Assembly (NCBI GenBank): GCA_947053595.1
Contig: CAMRSX010000004.1
Span: 13,711 to 77,710 of the forward strand
Direction of reading: 5' to 3'
DNA length: 64,000 nucleotides
Source: an uncultured Clostridia bacterium
GTDB lineage: Bacteria; Bacillota; Clostridia; Christensenellales; UBA1242
The position numbers and the translations under genes were made by a program. Under the pieces are notes generated by a model, which saw nothing but the letters and a program-made list of their open reading frames with translations, ran no database searches and was not told where the DNA came from. Shown here piece by piece: positions 45,319 to 53,853 of this stretch (the stretch's first letter is position 1; the number at the start of each line of letters is the position of its first letter).

Positions 45319-46065
45319 ATGAAGACAACAAACATTGAAATTTACAATTTTTTAAATCTCACCAGCCACCGTTTTGGCAAAATTTACAAATACACCGGCT
45401 CTTCGCCGCTGCCAGCAGGTTTTGAGATTACTGAACAAAAAATTAAGGAAAAATTGTTTTTATATCAACTTCACGACGAAAATATTTTTCCAAGTTTTAT
45501 TGTTGAAGACAAAAATCAAATTAAAAAATATTTTAAGAATTCCATAAAAAATTGCAAAAAAATAAGGCGAAACAATTATTTTTGCAGCAATTTTTCCAAG
45601 GATTTTGCAGAAAAAGTTGAAGTTTATTTTGAAATGCGAATTCTTTTAACTTCCACAATTTTGAAAGAGTTCAAAAATCACGCTTTTGACGAGGCTGCAG
45701 CTTATCGGGAAGTTTATAATATTGACCCAATTTTCGGGCAGATTTTTGACCAATTGTTTTTTGAAAAAATAAATTTTGAAGCGATGTTTGATGGTTTGGA
45801 GAAAAAATATAAAACCACCTATTTGCAAAAAGTTCAACTTTTGGAAAAGGCAAACGCGCAAAAAGAAAAGAAAAAACAGCAGCACGAAAATCAGGCTGCG
45901 CTTGCAAAGCAAAATGCAAAAAACAAAGAAAAAGCCAAAGAAACAGGTAAAAAAGCGGACAAAATTGCAAAAAACAAGCAAAAAACTGTTCAAAAGCAAG
46001 AAGCATTAAAAACAAAGCAAGAAATTAAGAAAACAAAAATGCAACAAAAGGAAAGAGAAAAATAA
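45319..46065 (+). CDS. Hypothetical protein with Lys-rich C-terminal tail
   Basis: 248 aa. The C-terminal ~70 aa are highly K/Q/E-rich (KEKKKQQHENQAALAKQNAKNKEKAKETGKKADKIAKNKQK...). The stop is 1 nt before the ABC-F start (TAATATG). Confidence 0.6.
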   Translation: MKTTNIEIYNFLNLTSHRFGKIYKYTGSSPLPAGFEITEQKIKEKLFLYQLHDENIFPSFIVEDKNQIKKYFKNSIKNCKKIRRNNYFCSNFSKDFAEKVEVYFEMRILLTSTILKEFKNHAFDEAAAYREVYNIDPIFGQIFDQLFFEKINFEAMFDGLEKKYKTTYLQKVQLLEKANAQKEKKKQQHENQAALAKQNAKNKEKAKETGKKADKIAKNKQKTVQKQEALKTKQEIKKTKMQQKEREK

Positions 46066-46066
46066 T

Positions 46067-47650
46067 ATGATTCAGGCAATCAATGTTTCGCTGAGTTTTG
46101 GCGGAAGAACACTTTACAAAGAGGTTAATTTAAAATTTACAAAAGGCAACTGCTATGGCATCATTGGCGCAAATGGCGCGGGAAAATCCACTTTCTTAAA
46201 AATTTTGACAAGCGAACTGGAGCCAAACACCGGCGAAATCATCATCACCCCGGGCGAAAGAATGTCGGTTTTGGAGCAAAATCAAAACAAATATGACGCC
46301 GAAACCGTGTTGGACACAGTGCTGCTTGGGCACAAGCGCCTCATGGAAATTCAAAAAGAAAAGGATGCGCTGTATGCCAAAGAAGATTTTTCAGAGGCTG
46401 ACGGACTCCGCGCGGGAGAACTGGAAACAGAGTTTGCCGAGCTTGGCGGCTGGGAAGCAGACAGCGAAGCAAAATCTTTGCTGCAAAGCTTGGGCGTGGA
46501 AGAGGCAGTTTTTTATGACCTCATGTCCAGCTTGGACGCCAAAGTGAAGGTGAAGGTGCTTTTGGCGCAGGCGCTTTTTGGAAATCCTGACATCTTGATT
46601 CTGGACGAGCCAACCAACAACTTGGATTTTAAAACCATTCGCTGGCTGGAAAACTTTTTGCTGGATTTTGCCAACATCGTCATCATTGTGTCGCACAATC
46701 GTCACTTCTTGAACAAAGTTTGCACCCACATTTGTGATGTGGACTTTGGCGAAATTAATATGTATCTTGGAAACTATGATTTTTGGTATGAAACCAGCCA
46801 GTTGCTGCTGCGTCAAAGCAAAGAGCAAAACAAAAAGGCAGAGCAGCGCGCAAAAGAACTTAAAGACTTTATTGCTCGATTTTCTGCCAACGCTTCCAAA
46901 TCTAAGCAAGCCACCAGCCGAAAGAAAGAACTGGAAAAGCTGACGCTGGACGATTTTAGACCTTCCTCAAGAAAATATCCATATGTGGATTTTAAATATG
47001 AGCAAGAAATTGGAAAAGAAATTTTGAAAGTTGAGGGCTTGACAAAAAAAAGCATGTTCAAAAATTTGTCCTTCACTGTGGAAAAAGACCAAAAAATTGT
47101 GTTTTTGTCCTCAAATTCGCTGGTTTTAACCACACTTTTCAACATTTTGGCAGGAAAGGAAGAGCCTGACGCTGGAACTGTGCGCTTTGGAAAAACCATC
47201 AAGTGCAGCTATTTGCCTCAGGACAATCGCGAGTTTTTTGACGGCTGTCACCTCTCCATTGTGGACTGGCTGCGTCAATATTCCAAAGACAAAACCGAAA
47301 GTTATGTCCGCGGCTGGCTGGGCAGAATGTTGTTTTCTGGCGAAGAAAGTTTGAAAGAAGTGAATGTGCTTTCCGGCGGCGAAAAAGTGAGGTGTATGTT
47401 GGCAAAACTGATGCTGGAAGCCGGAAACTTTTTGATTTTGGACGAACCAACCAACCACTTAGACCTTGAAAGCATCACTTCCCTCAACAAGGGCATGACC
47501 AACTTTAAGGGCGCAATGCTGTTTGCAACTGGCGACCAAGAAATCATTGAAACAGTTGCAAACAGAGTGATTGATATTGTGGACGAAAACACCATCATTG
47601 ACAAGCAAATGACATACGAAGAATATATGAACTTAAAGTTTGGGGGCTGA
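46067..47650 (+). CDS. ABC-F family ATPase (two ABC domains, no TM domain)
   Basis: Walker A motifs are GANGAGKST and a second-domain equivalent. Walker B motifs are ILILDEPTNNLD and FLILDEPTNHLD. The second signature LSGGEKVRC is canonical. The first signature position reads SSLDAKVKV (degenerate). An inter-domain linker is present. Confidence 0.85.
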   Translation: MIQAINVSLSFGGRTLYKEVNLKFTKGNCYGIIGANGAGKSTFLKILTSELEPNTGEIIITPGERMSVLEQNQNKYDAETVLDTVLLGHKRLMEIQKEKDALYAKEDFSEADGLRAGELETEFAELGGWEADSEAKSLLQSLGVEEAVFYDLMSSLDAKVKVKVLLAQALFGNPDILILDEPTNNLDFKTIRWLENFLLDFANIVIIVSHNRHFLNKVCTHICDVDFGEINMYLGNYDFWYETSQLLLRQSKEQNKKAEQRAKELKDFIARFSANASKSKQATSRKKELEKLTLDDFRPSSRKYPYVDFKYEQEIGKEILKVEGLTKKSMFKNLSFTVEKDQKIVFLSSNSLVLTTLFNILAGKEEPDAGTVRFGKTIKCSYLPQDNREFFDGCHLSIVDWLRQYSKDKTESYVRGWLGRMLFSGEESLKEVNVLSGGEKVRCMLAKLMLEAGNFLILDEPTNHLDLESITSLNKGMTNFKGAMLFATGDQEIIETVANRVIDIVDENTIIDKQMTYEEYMNLKFGG

Positions 47651-47744
47651 AAACCCCTCTTTACAAAAGAGTGCATAGCCAAAAAAAATTTGCATATCAT
47701 AATGATTGTGCAACACTTCTTAATAAAAAAAAGTGAAATTAAAA

Positions 47745-47779
47745 ACAAAAAACCCACGGACAGCATCCGTGGGTTTTTT
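47745..47779. terminator. Bidirectional terminator between convergent genes
   Basis: CCCACGGA-cagca-TCCGTGGG, flanked by an A-run and T6. Confidence 0.85.
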
Positions 47780-47780
47780 C

Positions 47781-48278
47781 TTATTTTTCTTTGGAAGGTT
47801 GCACAGTTGTTTCTGCAAACTTTGTCACCTTGTTGCCCTTCACTTCAAATGTAAATGCCTTGTTTTTTTTGCCGTCGCAAACTGTCAGAGTTGCCATTTT
47901 GCTGCCAACTTCGGTTTTGAACCTCAGCGCGCCTTCAAACTGACGCAATGTGGCTTCTTCAATTTTGCCAGCCATCTTACTTTTTAAAACATCTGAATGG
48001 TTGATGTGTTCAAACACAATTTCATTCATTGGCTCTGCGTTTCCCTTTGCCTTTCTGCTTTTGGAAACCGTCATATATGAAAGCAACTTTTCTGGCTGGT
48101 CAAACTTGCCAACTTTGACATCGTTTTTGTTAATGTACATCACTGTGGTTTTTGCGTTGCCATATTTGGTTGTGTATACAAAACTTTTAACCTTGCCATA
48201 AAAATCCTTAAGCACTGCATGCTTGCTTGCTGCCATGGCTGTCAACATTTCTTCAAATTCTTCACTTAAAACAATCAT
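47781..48278 (-). CDS. Hypothetical protein
   Basis: 165-aa ORF with its own terminator. No recognisable motif. Confidence 0.55.
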   Translation of the reverse strand: MIVLSEEFEEMLTAMAASKHAVLKDFYGKVKSFVYTTKYGNAKTTVMYINKNDVKVGKFDQPEKLLSYMTVSKSRKAKGNAEPMNEIVFEHINHSDVLKSKMAGKIEEATLRQFEGALRFKTEVGSKMATLTVCDGKKNKAFTFEVKGNKVTKFAETTVQPSKEK

Positions 48279-48500
48279 CTTTTTTCTCCAATTTCTTTTG
48301 ATTTATGTATTATACAATATGACAAATCAATTTTCAAGTGTTATTTGAAAACTTTTTGCCAATATTTGCAATTTTTTTTGTTGCAAAACATGTTTTAAGC
48401 AACTTCCCTTTTAAAATTTCCGCAGCCCTAGCAGAAATTAATTAAGAAACCGCTTTCAAAACATTAAGACAATAATTTTTTTCAAAATTTTGAAAAAAAC

Positions 48501-48530
48501 TTGACAAGGCGGGAGCATATTGCGTAAAAT
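48501..48530 (+). promoter_or_regulatory. Promoter of the glyQS T-box leader
   Basis: TTGACA (48501..48506), an 18-nt spacer, TAAAAT (48525..48530). Confidence 0.65.
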
Positions 48531-48536
48531 AAACTC

Positions 48537-48678
48537 AAGCAATGACGGAATTGGCAACTCCAACAGCAAAGCGCGTGTCGGCGTAAAGACAGGAATGAAG
48601 GTGAAGTTTTTTCACGAAATAGGGTGGAACAGCGGCTTAAAAATCGCCCCTATGCACAAAGTTTGCATAGGTTTTTTT
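48537..48678 (+). promoter_or_regulatory. T-box riboswitch leader, glycine-specific (GGC specifier)
   Basis: The conserved T-box sequence AAATAGGGTGGAACAGCGG is at 48618..48635; its UGGA is complementary to a tRNA-Gly UCCA end. GGC followed by A at 48553..48556 sits in a specifier-like context. The terminator is CCTATGCA-caaagtt-TGCATAGG plus T7 (48649..48678). The short length is consistent with glyQS-type T-boxes lacking stem II. Confidence 0.85.
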
Positions 48679-48719
48679 GTTTTAAAAAACCTTGTGCAAA
48701 AACGAAAAAGGAGAAGGTT

Positions 48720-50099
48720 ATGGAAGAGAAAATGAAACTTACAATGGACAAACTTGTCAACCTTTGCAAGGCAAGAGGGTTGATTTTTCCCGGAAGCGAC
48801 ATATATGGCGGCATGGGAAACACTTGGGATTATGGCCCAGTGGGCGTGGAACTGAAAAACAACATCAAGCGCGCTTGGTGGAAGAGATTTGTGCAAGAAA
48901 ATCCAAATGCCTATGGCGTGGATGCTGCCATTTTAATGAACCCTCGCGTTTGGGATGCCAGCGGCCACACGCAAAGCTTTGCCGACCCAAAGATGGATTG
49001 TCGCTCTTGCAAGCAGCGCTTTAGGGCGGACAATCTGATTGAAGCGCACTCAAAGGGCAATCAAAGTGCCGAGGCCATGACAACGCAAGAGATGGAAGAA
49101 TACATCAGCCAAAACAAAGTTAAGTGCCCACACTGTGGCAACTTCAACTGGACGCCAATCCGCCAATTTAAGCTGATGTTTGAAACTTCCCGCGGCACAG
49201 TGGAGGGAGAAAAAGACGTGGTTTATCTTCGTCCAGAAACAGCTCAAGGCGAATATGTCAACTTTTTGAATGTGCAAAGAAGCATGCGCGCAAAAGTGCC
49301 TTTTGCCATTGCGCAAATTGGAAAGGCTTTCCGAAACGAAATCACCCCAGGAAACTTCATCTTCAGAACCATTGAATTTGAGCAAATGGAATTGCAAAAC
49401 TTCTGCAAAGAAGAAAGCTCGTTTGCGCTTTATGAAGAGTTTAAACAGCGCTCGAAGCAGTTTTTGCTGGACCTTGGCTTCAGCGAGCAGCATCTGCGTT
49501 TTCACGACCACGAAAAACTGGCGTTTTATGCAAAGGCTGCGTGCGACATTCAATTTTTCTCCCCTCTTGGCTGGGAAGAACTGAACGGCATTCATCATCG
49601 CTCGGCGCACGATTTGACAAGGCATCAAGAGTTCAGTGGCAAAAATTTGCAGTATGTTGACCCCGTCACAAACGAAAAATATCTTCCAAATGTGATTGAA
49701 TATTCCATTGGCTGTGACAGATTGGTGCTGGCAGTTTTGACAGAAGCATATGATGAAGAGCAGCTGGAAAACGGCGAAACCCGCGTGGTGATGCACTTCC
49801 ACCCTGCCCTTGCGCCATTTAAGGTGGCTGTGCTTCCGCTGCAAAAAAACCTTTCAGACAAAGCCAAAGAAGTTTATGCAATGCTTTGCAAAGAGTTCAG
49901 GTGCGATTATGACGAGGCTGGCAGCATTGGAAAGCGCTATCGCCGACAAGACGAAATTGGCACTCCATTTTGCGTCACCATAGATTTTGATACGCTGGAA
50001 GACGGCACTGTCACCATTCGCCACCGCGACACAATGGCGCAAGAGCGTTTAAAAATTGAAGAACTTGTGCCTTACATTTCAGCAAAAATCAAGTTTTAA
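48720..50099 (+). CDS. glyQS: Glycine--tRNA ligase (class II, alpha2 GlyQS type)
   Basis: Start at ATG 48720 after AAAGGAGAAGG; the track start at 48624 lies inside the T-box terminator. N-terminus is MDKLVNLCKARGLIFPGSDIYGGMGNTWDYGPVGVELKNNIK. 459 aa. Confidence 0.92.
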   Translation: MEEKMKLTMDKLVNLCKARGLIFPGSDIYGGMGNTWDYGPVGVELKNNIKRAWWKRFVQENPNAYGVDAAILMNPRVWDASGHTQSFADPKMDCRSCKQRFRADNLIEAHSKGNQSAEAMTTQEMEEYISQNKVKCPHCGNFNWTPIRQFKLMFETSRGTVEGEKDVVYLRPETAQGEYVNFLNVQRSMRAKVPFAIAQIGKAFRNEITPGNFIFRTIEFEQMELQNFCKEESSFALYEEFKQRSKQFLLDLGFSEQHLRFHDHEKLAFYAKAACDIQFFSPLGWEELNGIHHRSAHDLTRHQEFSGKNLQYVDPVTNEKYLPNVIEYSIGCDRLVLAVLTEAYDEEQLENGETRVVMHFHPALAPFKVAVLPLQKNLSDKAKEVYAMLCKEFRCDYDEAGSIGKRYRRQDEIGTPFCVTIDFDTLEDGTVTIRHRDTMAQERLKIEELVPYISAKIKF

Positions 50100-50103
50100 G
50101 CAG

Positions 50104-50143
50104 AAAAAATGCGTGTTTTCGACAAAAAATACGCATTTTTTTT
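50104..50143 (+). terminator. Rho-independent terminator after glyQS
   Basis: AAAAAATGCGT...ACGCATTTTTT followed by additional T residues. Confidence 0.75.
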
Positions 50144-50152
50144 AGTATTCGC

Positions 50153-50183
50153 TTGACTCCCCCCCCCATACCTTTGTTAAAAT
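50153..50183 (+). promoter_or_regulatory. Promoter of the GT2 gene with a homopolymeric C tract in the spacer
   Basis: TTGACT (50153..50158), a 19-nt spacer that begins with C9, then TG-T-TAAAAT (extended -10, hexamer 50178..50183). RBS GGGGAGAAAG is at 50210..50219. Confidence 0.6.
50159..50167 (+). repeat. Poly-C homopolymer (9 nt)
   Basis: It is read directly as gcttgact-ccccccccc-atacc. It is the only G/C run of this length I saw in an otherwise AT-rich window. Confidence 0.9.
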
Positions 50184-50225
50184 ATTTTAAATAAATTATT
50201 TTTTAATTTGGGGAGAAAGCTTGCT

Positions 50226-51509
50226 ATGAATGTTTGGCAGATTATTTCTTTCGTCTTCACCGCACTTATGAGCCTTGCGGTGGCGTATATGTTTTTGTAT
50301 GTTGCCATTGGGTTGTTTGCAACCAAAAAGTTTAAGAAAGCAACCACCCAGCACTCTTATGGTTTTTTGATTGCGGGCAGAAACGAAGAGAAGGTGATTG
50401 GTCAGCTGATTGACAGCATAAGAAAAAACAACTATGACCAAAGCAAATTGGAAATTTTTGTTTGCGCCGACAACTGCAGTGAGGGAGACCGCACGGCAGA
50501 GATTGCGCGCAGCATGGGCGCACATGTTTATGAGCGTCACAACCCAACAAAAGTCAGCAAAAGTTATGCGTTGGATTTTTTGTTGAAAAACATTGCCAAA
50601 GATTTTCCTGACTATAACCCCGACGGCTTTTTTGTTTTTGACGCAGACAACCTGCTTGAGAAAAACTATATTCAAGAGATGAACAACGCTTTTGACAGCG
50701 GTGAAGAGATTGTGACATCATATCGCGCTTCAAAAAACTATGGCGACAGCGTGTGGGCAATGGGCTCTTCCATTCACTTCATTCGCGCTTGCCGCTTTTT
50801 GCACAGCCCAAGAGCGGTGCTTAACATCTCCACCAATGTGCAAGGCTGCGGCTTTTTGGTGACAAGCAAAATTCTCAATCCAAAAGACGGCTGGAAATAT
50901 GGAAGTTTGACAGAAGACGCCGAATTTTCTTGTGACAGCCTAATCAAGGGACACAGGGTTTCATATTGCGATTCTGCCGTGTTTTATGACGAGCAGCCTG
51001 TCACTTGGAAACAAACCTATCGTCAACGCCTGCGCTGGCAAAAAGGAATATATCAGTGCTTCAACGCTTTTTCTCTTAGCTTGGTGTTTAAGTTCTTCAC
51101 AAAGTTCAACTTTGCCTTTTATGACTTTTTTGCATATTATTCTCCATTGCCTGTGTTTTCCACTTCTTGGGCAATCACAAATGGCATCATTGCAGTCATT
51201 CAGGGCATCATCTCTGTGTTGGACGGCGCTGCAGTGGGCGGGGTGCTGCTGACATTGTCACTTTCGCTGCTTAAATATTTTGCGGTGCTGTATGCGGGAT
51301 TTTTTGTGTATGGTTCGCTGTCGGTGCTTAAAGACTGGAAAAGAATTAAAGCCAGCACCACAAAAAAGCTTTTGTCCATGCTGGCATATCCATTGTTTAT
51401 GATTTGCATCATTCCAATTTGCTTCATTGCCATCTTCAAACATGTGGAATGGAAGCCAATCGAGCGCACCTCCACTTCCAGCATTGAAGACCTCTCAAAA
51501 ACCAACTGA
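50226..51509 (+). CDS. Processive family-2 glycosyltransferase with TM domains (PgaC/IcaA/cellulose-synthase-like)
   Basis: Architecture: N-terminal TM helix, GT2 domain (FLIAGRNEEKVIG..., FVFDADN, TEDAEFS), the QxxRW motif YRQRLRWQKG, then 4 C-terminal TM helices. Start at ATG 50226. Confidence 0.85.
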   Translation: MNVWQIISFVFTALMSLAVAYMFLYVAIGLFATKKFKKATTQHSYGFLIAGRNEEKVIGQLIDSIRKNNYDQSKLEIFVCADNCSEGDRTAEIARSMGAHVYERHNPTKVSKSYALDFLLKNIAKDFPDYNPDGFFVFDADNLLEKNYIQEMNNAFDSGEEIVTSYRASKNYGDSVWAMGSSIHFIRACRFLHSPRAVLNISTNVQGCGFLVTSKILNPKDGWKYGSLTEDAEFSCDSLIKGHRVSYCDSAVFYDEQPVTWKQTYRQRLRWQKGIYQCFNAFSLSLVFKFFTKFNFAFYDFFAYYSPLPVFSTSWAITNGIIAVIQGIISVLDGAAVGGVLLTLSLSLLKYFAVLYAGFFVYGSLSVLKDWKRIKASTTKKLLSMLAYPLFMICIIPICFIAIFKHVEWKPIERTSTSSIEDLSKTN

Positions 51510-51560
51510 TGCGCAAAAAAAAGCAAAGACTGTGGTTTTGAAAAAGCACGCTTTCTGTAC

Positions 51561-51656
51561 AAACTTGCTGCCAATTTAAACTGACTGAAAATTTAAATTG
51601 GCTGCAAAGCAAACTGGCTGCAGTTTAAAGAAGCAAAACTGGCTGAAAATTGGCAA
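51561..51656 (+). repeat. Array of ~17-nt-spaced direct repeats with core AAAYTGRCTG
   Basis: Copies are at 51561 (aaacttgctg), 51578 (aaactgactg), 51595 (aaattggctg), 51611 (aaactggctg) and 51636 (aaactggctg), with a degenerate 51647 (aaattggcaa). The first units read aatttaaaCtgActg / aatttaaaTtgGctg. Confidence 0.8.
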
Positions 51657-51667
51657 AACTTTCAAAA

Positions 51668-51700
51668 GAAAAAACTCTCCCAAAAGCGGGAGAGTTTTTG
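51668..51700. terminator. Bidirectional terminator
   Basis: CTCTCCC-aaaagc-GGGAGAG, flanked by A6 and T5. Confidence 0.8.
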
Positions 51701-51709
51701 TCTTGGTTT

Positions 51710-51943
51710 TTAGTCAATCCAGATAACTTTTTTAACAACAAGCAAAGTGAGAATGTCGATAAGCCAGAAGATTGCTGGGCAAAGAAGCAACATAACAATT
51801 GCCAGAATGATGCCAACAGCATTGTTCTTGTTAAGAGACCTGCAAAGACGATATACAGCCCAAACTACGTCAAGAACTGGCAAAGCCAAAATAATCTTAA
51901 CAATAAGTGGCAGATTGTCAAAGAACTTAATGATATCCTTCAT
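51710..51943 (-). CDS. Small integral membrane protein
   Basis: 77 aa with two hydrophobic helices (LPLIVKIILALPVLDVVWAVY; GIILAIVMLLLCPAIFWLIDILTLLVV). Confidence 0.6.
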   Translation of the reverse strand: MKDIIKFFDNLPLIVKIILALPVLDVVWAVYRLCRSLNKNNAVGIILAIVMLLLCPAIFWLIDILTLLVVKKVIWID

Positions 51944-52120
51944 CTTAAAAACTCCTTTTAAATAAATTTGTAATTTAATTGTTACATTATAATTTTAGCC
52001 TTATAAAAATAAAATGTCAACAATTTAGACAATAAATATATATGAAATAATGGAAATTTTTTATAACCTTTTTTGCATAATTTCTCTTTTTGGATGCACA
52101 CTATTGTTTGGGGAGGAGAA

Positions 52121-52294
52121 ATGAAAGAAAAAACAAATTGCGGCGTCAATTGCAATGTTTGCGATTGCGCTTACAACGAAAAGGGCTGCAAGTGCAGCAA
52201 AGAAGTGATTGATGTTTCTCAAGGAGATGGCAAGGACATGCCAAACGGAATTCAAAAGCACTTCTGCAAAAGCTTTAAAGAACGCTGCAAATAA
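52121..52294 (+). CDS. DUF1540-like Cys-rich small protein
   Basis: Start at ATG 52121 after GGGGAGGAGAA. The sequence MKEKTNCGVNCNVCDCAYNEKGCKCSKEVIDV...HFCKSF matches the DUF1540 pattern (C.V..C.YN..C.A..I.V...T.C.sF). Confidence 0.7.
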   Translation: MKEKTNCGVNCNVCDCAYNEKGCKCSKEVIDVSQGDGKDMPNGIQKHFCKSFKERCK

Positions 52295-52398
52295 TTTTGC
52301 AAGCTTAAAGCGCTTTAAGACTTTTTCCTTTTTGTAAAAAAGATAAAACAAAAAACAGCTGACATCTTTGCAGCTGTTTTTTCTTGTCTTAAATGTTT

Positions 52399-53127
52399 TC
52401 ATCTGAACATGACATCTTTTTTTGTGAGCAGCGTCCAAGACAGCAAGGTGCGGATAAGCCCGCCCCAATATGTCAGAAGGGCGCTGTGAAGAAAGTCTTT
52501 GCATGTTTTAAGTTCTTTTTCTGTGAGAAAGTCTTGCAAAAACTCCAGCGCAAACATGGATGCCTCTTTTTCAATTTTCACTTCCAGATATTTAAGCACA
52601 ATGGCAAACACAAAAATGGCAAGGGCGCTTGCCACACAAACTGCGCCAGCAATCAGAAAGGCAATGTGCGGCAAAACTTGAAACACCCACAAAAGGGAAA
52701 GCACAACGCCAACAAGCAGCAGCGGCATAAAGAAAAGTCCACACATTCGCCCCTTCCTTAGCATCTTCCAATGTTTTTTTAAGGTTCCACCAGAGGCGTC
52801 TTGTCTTGCGTGCCCCAACTCGTGTGAAACAATGGACAAAGATGCCAAGCTGTTGGAAGACATGGTTTTGTCCGAAAGCGCCACAACACCAGAGGAATAA
52901 TGGTCTTCCCACTCAGCGCAGCGCCTGATTGCCAGCCGCCCAGCAAAGCGCGTTTTGTTAATTTCTGCCACATATTCCAGCGTGGAGATGCCAAAGGTGT
53001 TTTTTGAAGAGCTGACCTCTTTCAGTTTTGCGGCATAGTTTTCAAACGAAAAACTTGCAACCGCCAGCGCAAAGCACAGCAATATTGCAAACAACACAAT
53101 AGCTCCAATGATTATATATGTCCACAT
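52399..53127 (-). CDS. Membrane zinc metallopeptidase (YugP/Zn_peptidase_2 family)
   Basis: HExxH motif in VSHELGHARQD. One N-terminal and several C-terminal TM helices. 242 aa. Confidence 0.8.
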   Translation of the reverse strand: MWTYIIIGAIVLFAILLCFALAVASFSFENYAAKLKEVSSSKNTFGISTLEYVAEINKTRFAGRLAIRRCAEWEDHYSSGVVALSDKTMSSNSLASLSIVSHELGHARQDASGGTLKKHWKMLRKGRMCGLFFMPLLLVGVVLSLLWVFQVLPHIAFLIAGAVCVASALAIFVFAIVLKYLEVKIEKEASMFALEFLQDFLTEKELKTCKDFLHSALLTYWGGLIRTLLSWTLLTKKDVMFR

Positions 53128-53192
53128 AAAATTATTTTACAATTTTTTGCCGCTTTCTTGCAAACTTTTTTGCAATTTATGCAAACTTCAAC

Positions 53193-53236
53193 AAAAAAAA
53201 ATCTTCACTTTTTTTGTGTGAAGATTTTCTTTTTTA
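53193..53236. terminator. Bidirectional terminator
   Basis: A8-ATCTTCAC-tttttttgt-GTGAAGAT followed by a T-rich run. Confidence 0.75.
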
Positions 53237-53269
53237 ATTTTTTTGCGCTTTGGCGGTTTGTTTTTCACT

Positions 53270-53767
53270 TTACAGGGCACAAGTGTGTTCTCTCTTCCTC
53301 TGCTGTTTGCTGTCCTCTGGCACATACATTGAAATGGAAGAAGTGGCGCAAAGCAGTGCCCCCGCAGCCATAACTGGCAGGCTTATTGCTTTTGATGCAA
53401 TATCCAGTTTTTTGTGCTGCTCTACCATGGCTGCATATTGCTGCTGCACTTGTGCCGAAGCATATTGCCTTACAAACTCTTGGTGTGAAAGATTGGGAAT
53501 TTTGTTGTATTCTTCAAAAAATTCTTCTGGCGTCATTTGCTTAAATGCCACCTTCAACGCAAGAGCAGTAACTTGATTTTGTTTCAGTCTTGCATTCACG
53601 CTTTCATATCCGTTGTCAATCACAAGCTGCTTTTGCGTTGCCTCTGTGTGCTTTGCCTTTGCAGAAAAATGAAAATAGGTTGCAAATCCGCACAAAAGTG
53701 TGGCAGTGCCCACAAAAATACCTGCAAGTTTTAAGCGCTTTTTGGTTTTTAAACTGAGTTTTTTCAT
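53270..53767 (-). CDS. Hypothetical membrane protein
   Basis: 165 aa with an N-terminal TM helix (LAGIFVGTATLLCGFATYF) and a C-terminal TM helix (ISLPVMAAGALLCATSSISMYV). Confidence 0.55.
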   Translation of the reverse strand: MKKLSLKTKKRLKLAGIFVGTATLLCGFATYFHFSAKAKHTEATQKQLVIDNGYESVNARLKQNQVTALALKVAFKQMTPEEFFEEYNKIPNLSHQEFVRQYASAQVQQQYAAMVEQHKKLDIASKAISLPVMAAGALLCATSSISMYVPEDSKQQRKREHTCAL

Positions 53768-53853
53768 TTTTTTCCTCTCTTGCCTTTAAGCATAACACAC
53801 AACGGTGCTTGTGTCAATCCCCATTCTTGTTCCTCTTGGCTTGGCTGCAAGCA

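Noticed and set aside
48481-48494. Perfect 14-bp palindrome TTCAAAATTTTGAA just upstream of the T-box promoter -35, considered as a possible operator.
   Set aside because: It is pure A/T sequence in an AT-rich intergenic region. Such palindromes arise by chance and resemble UP-element-like tracts, and no cognate regulator is evident.
52061-52504. 147-aa minus-strand ORF spanning the DUF1540 gene and the 3' end of the Zn-peptidase gene.
   Set aside because: It overlaps two better-supported genes and shows no motif or RBS.
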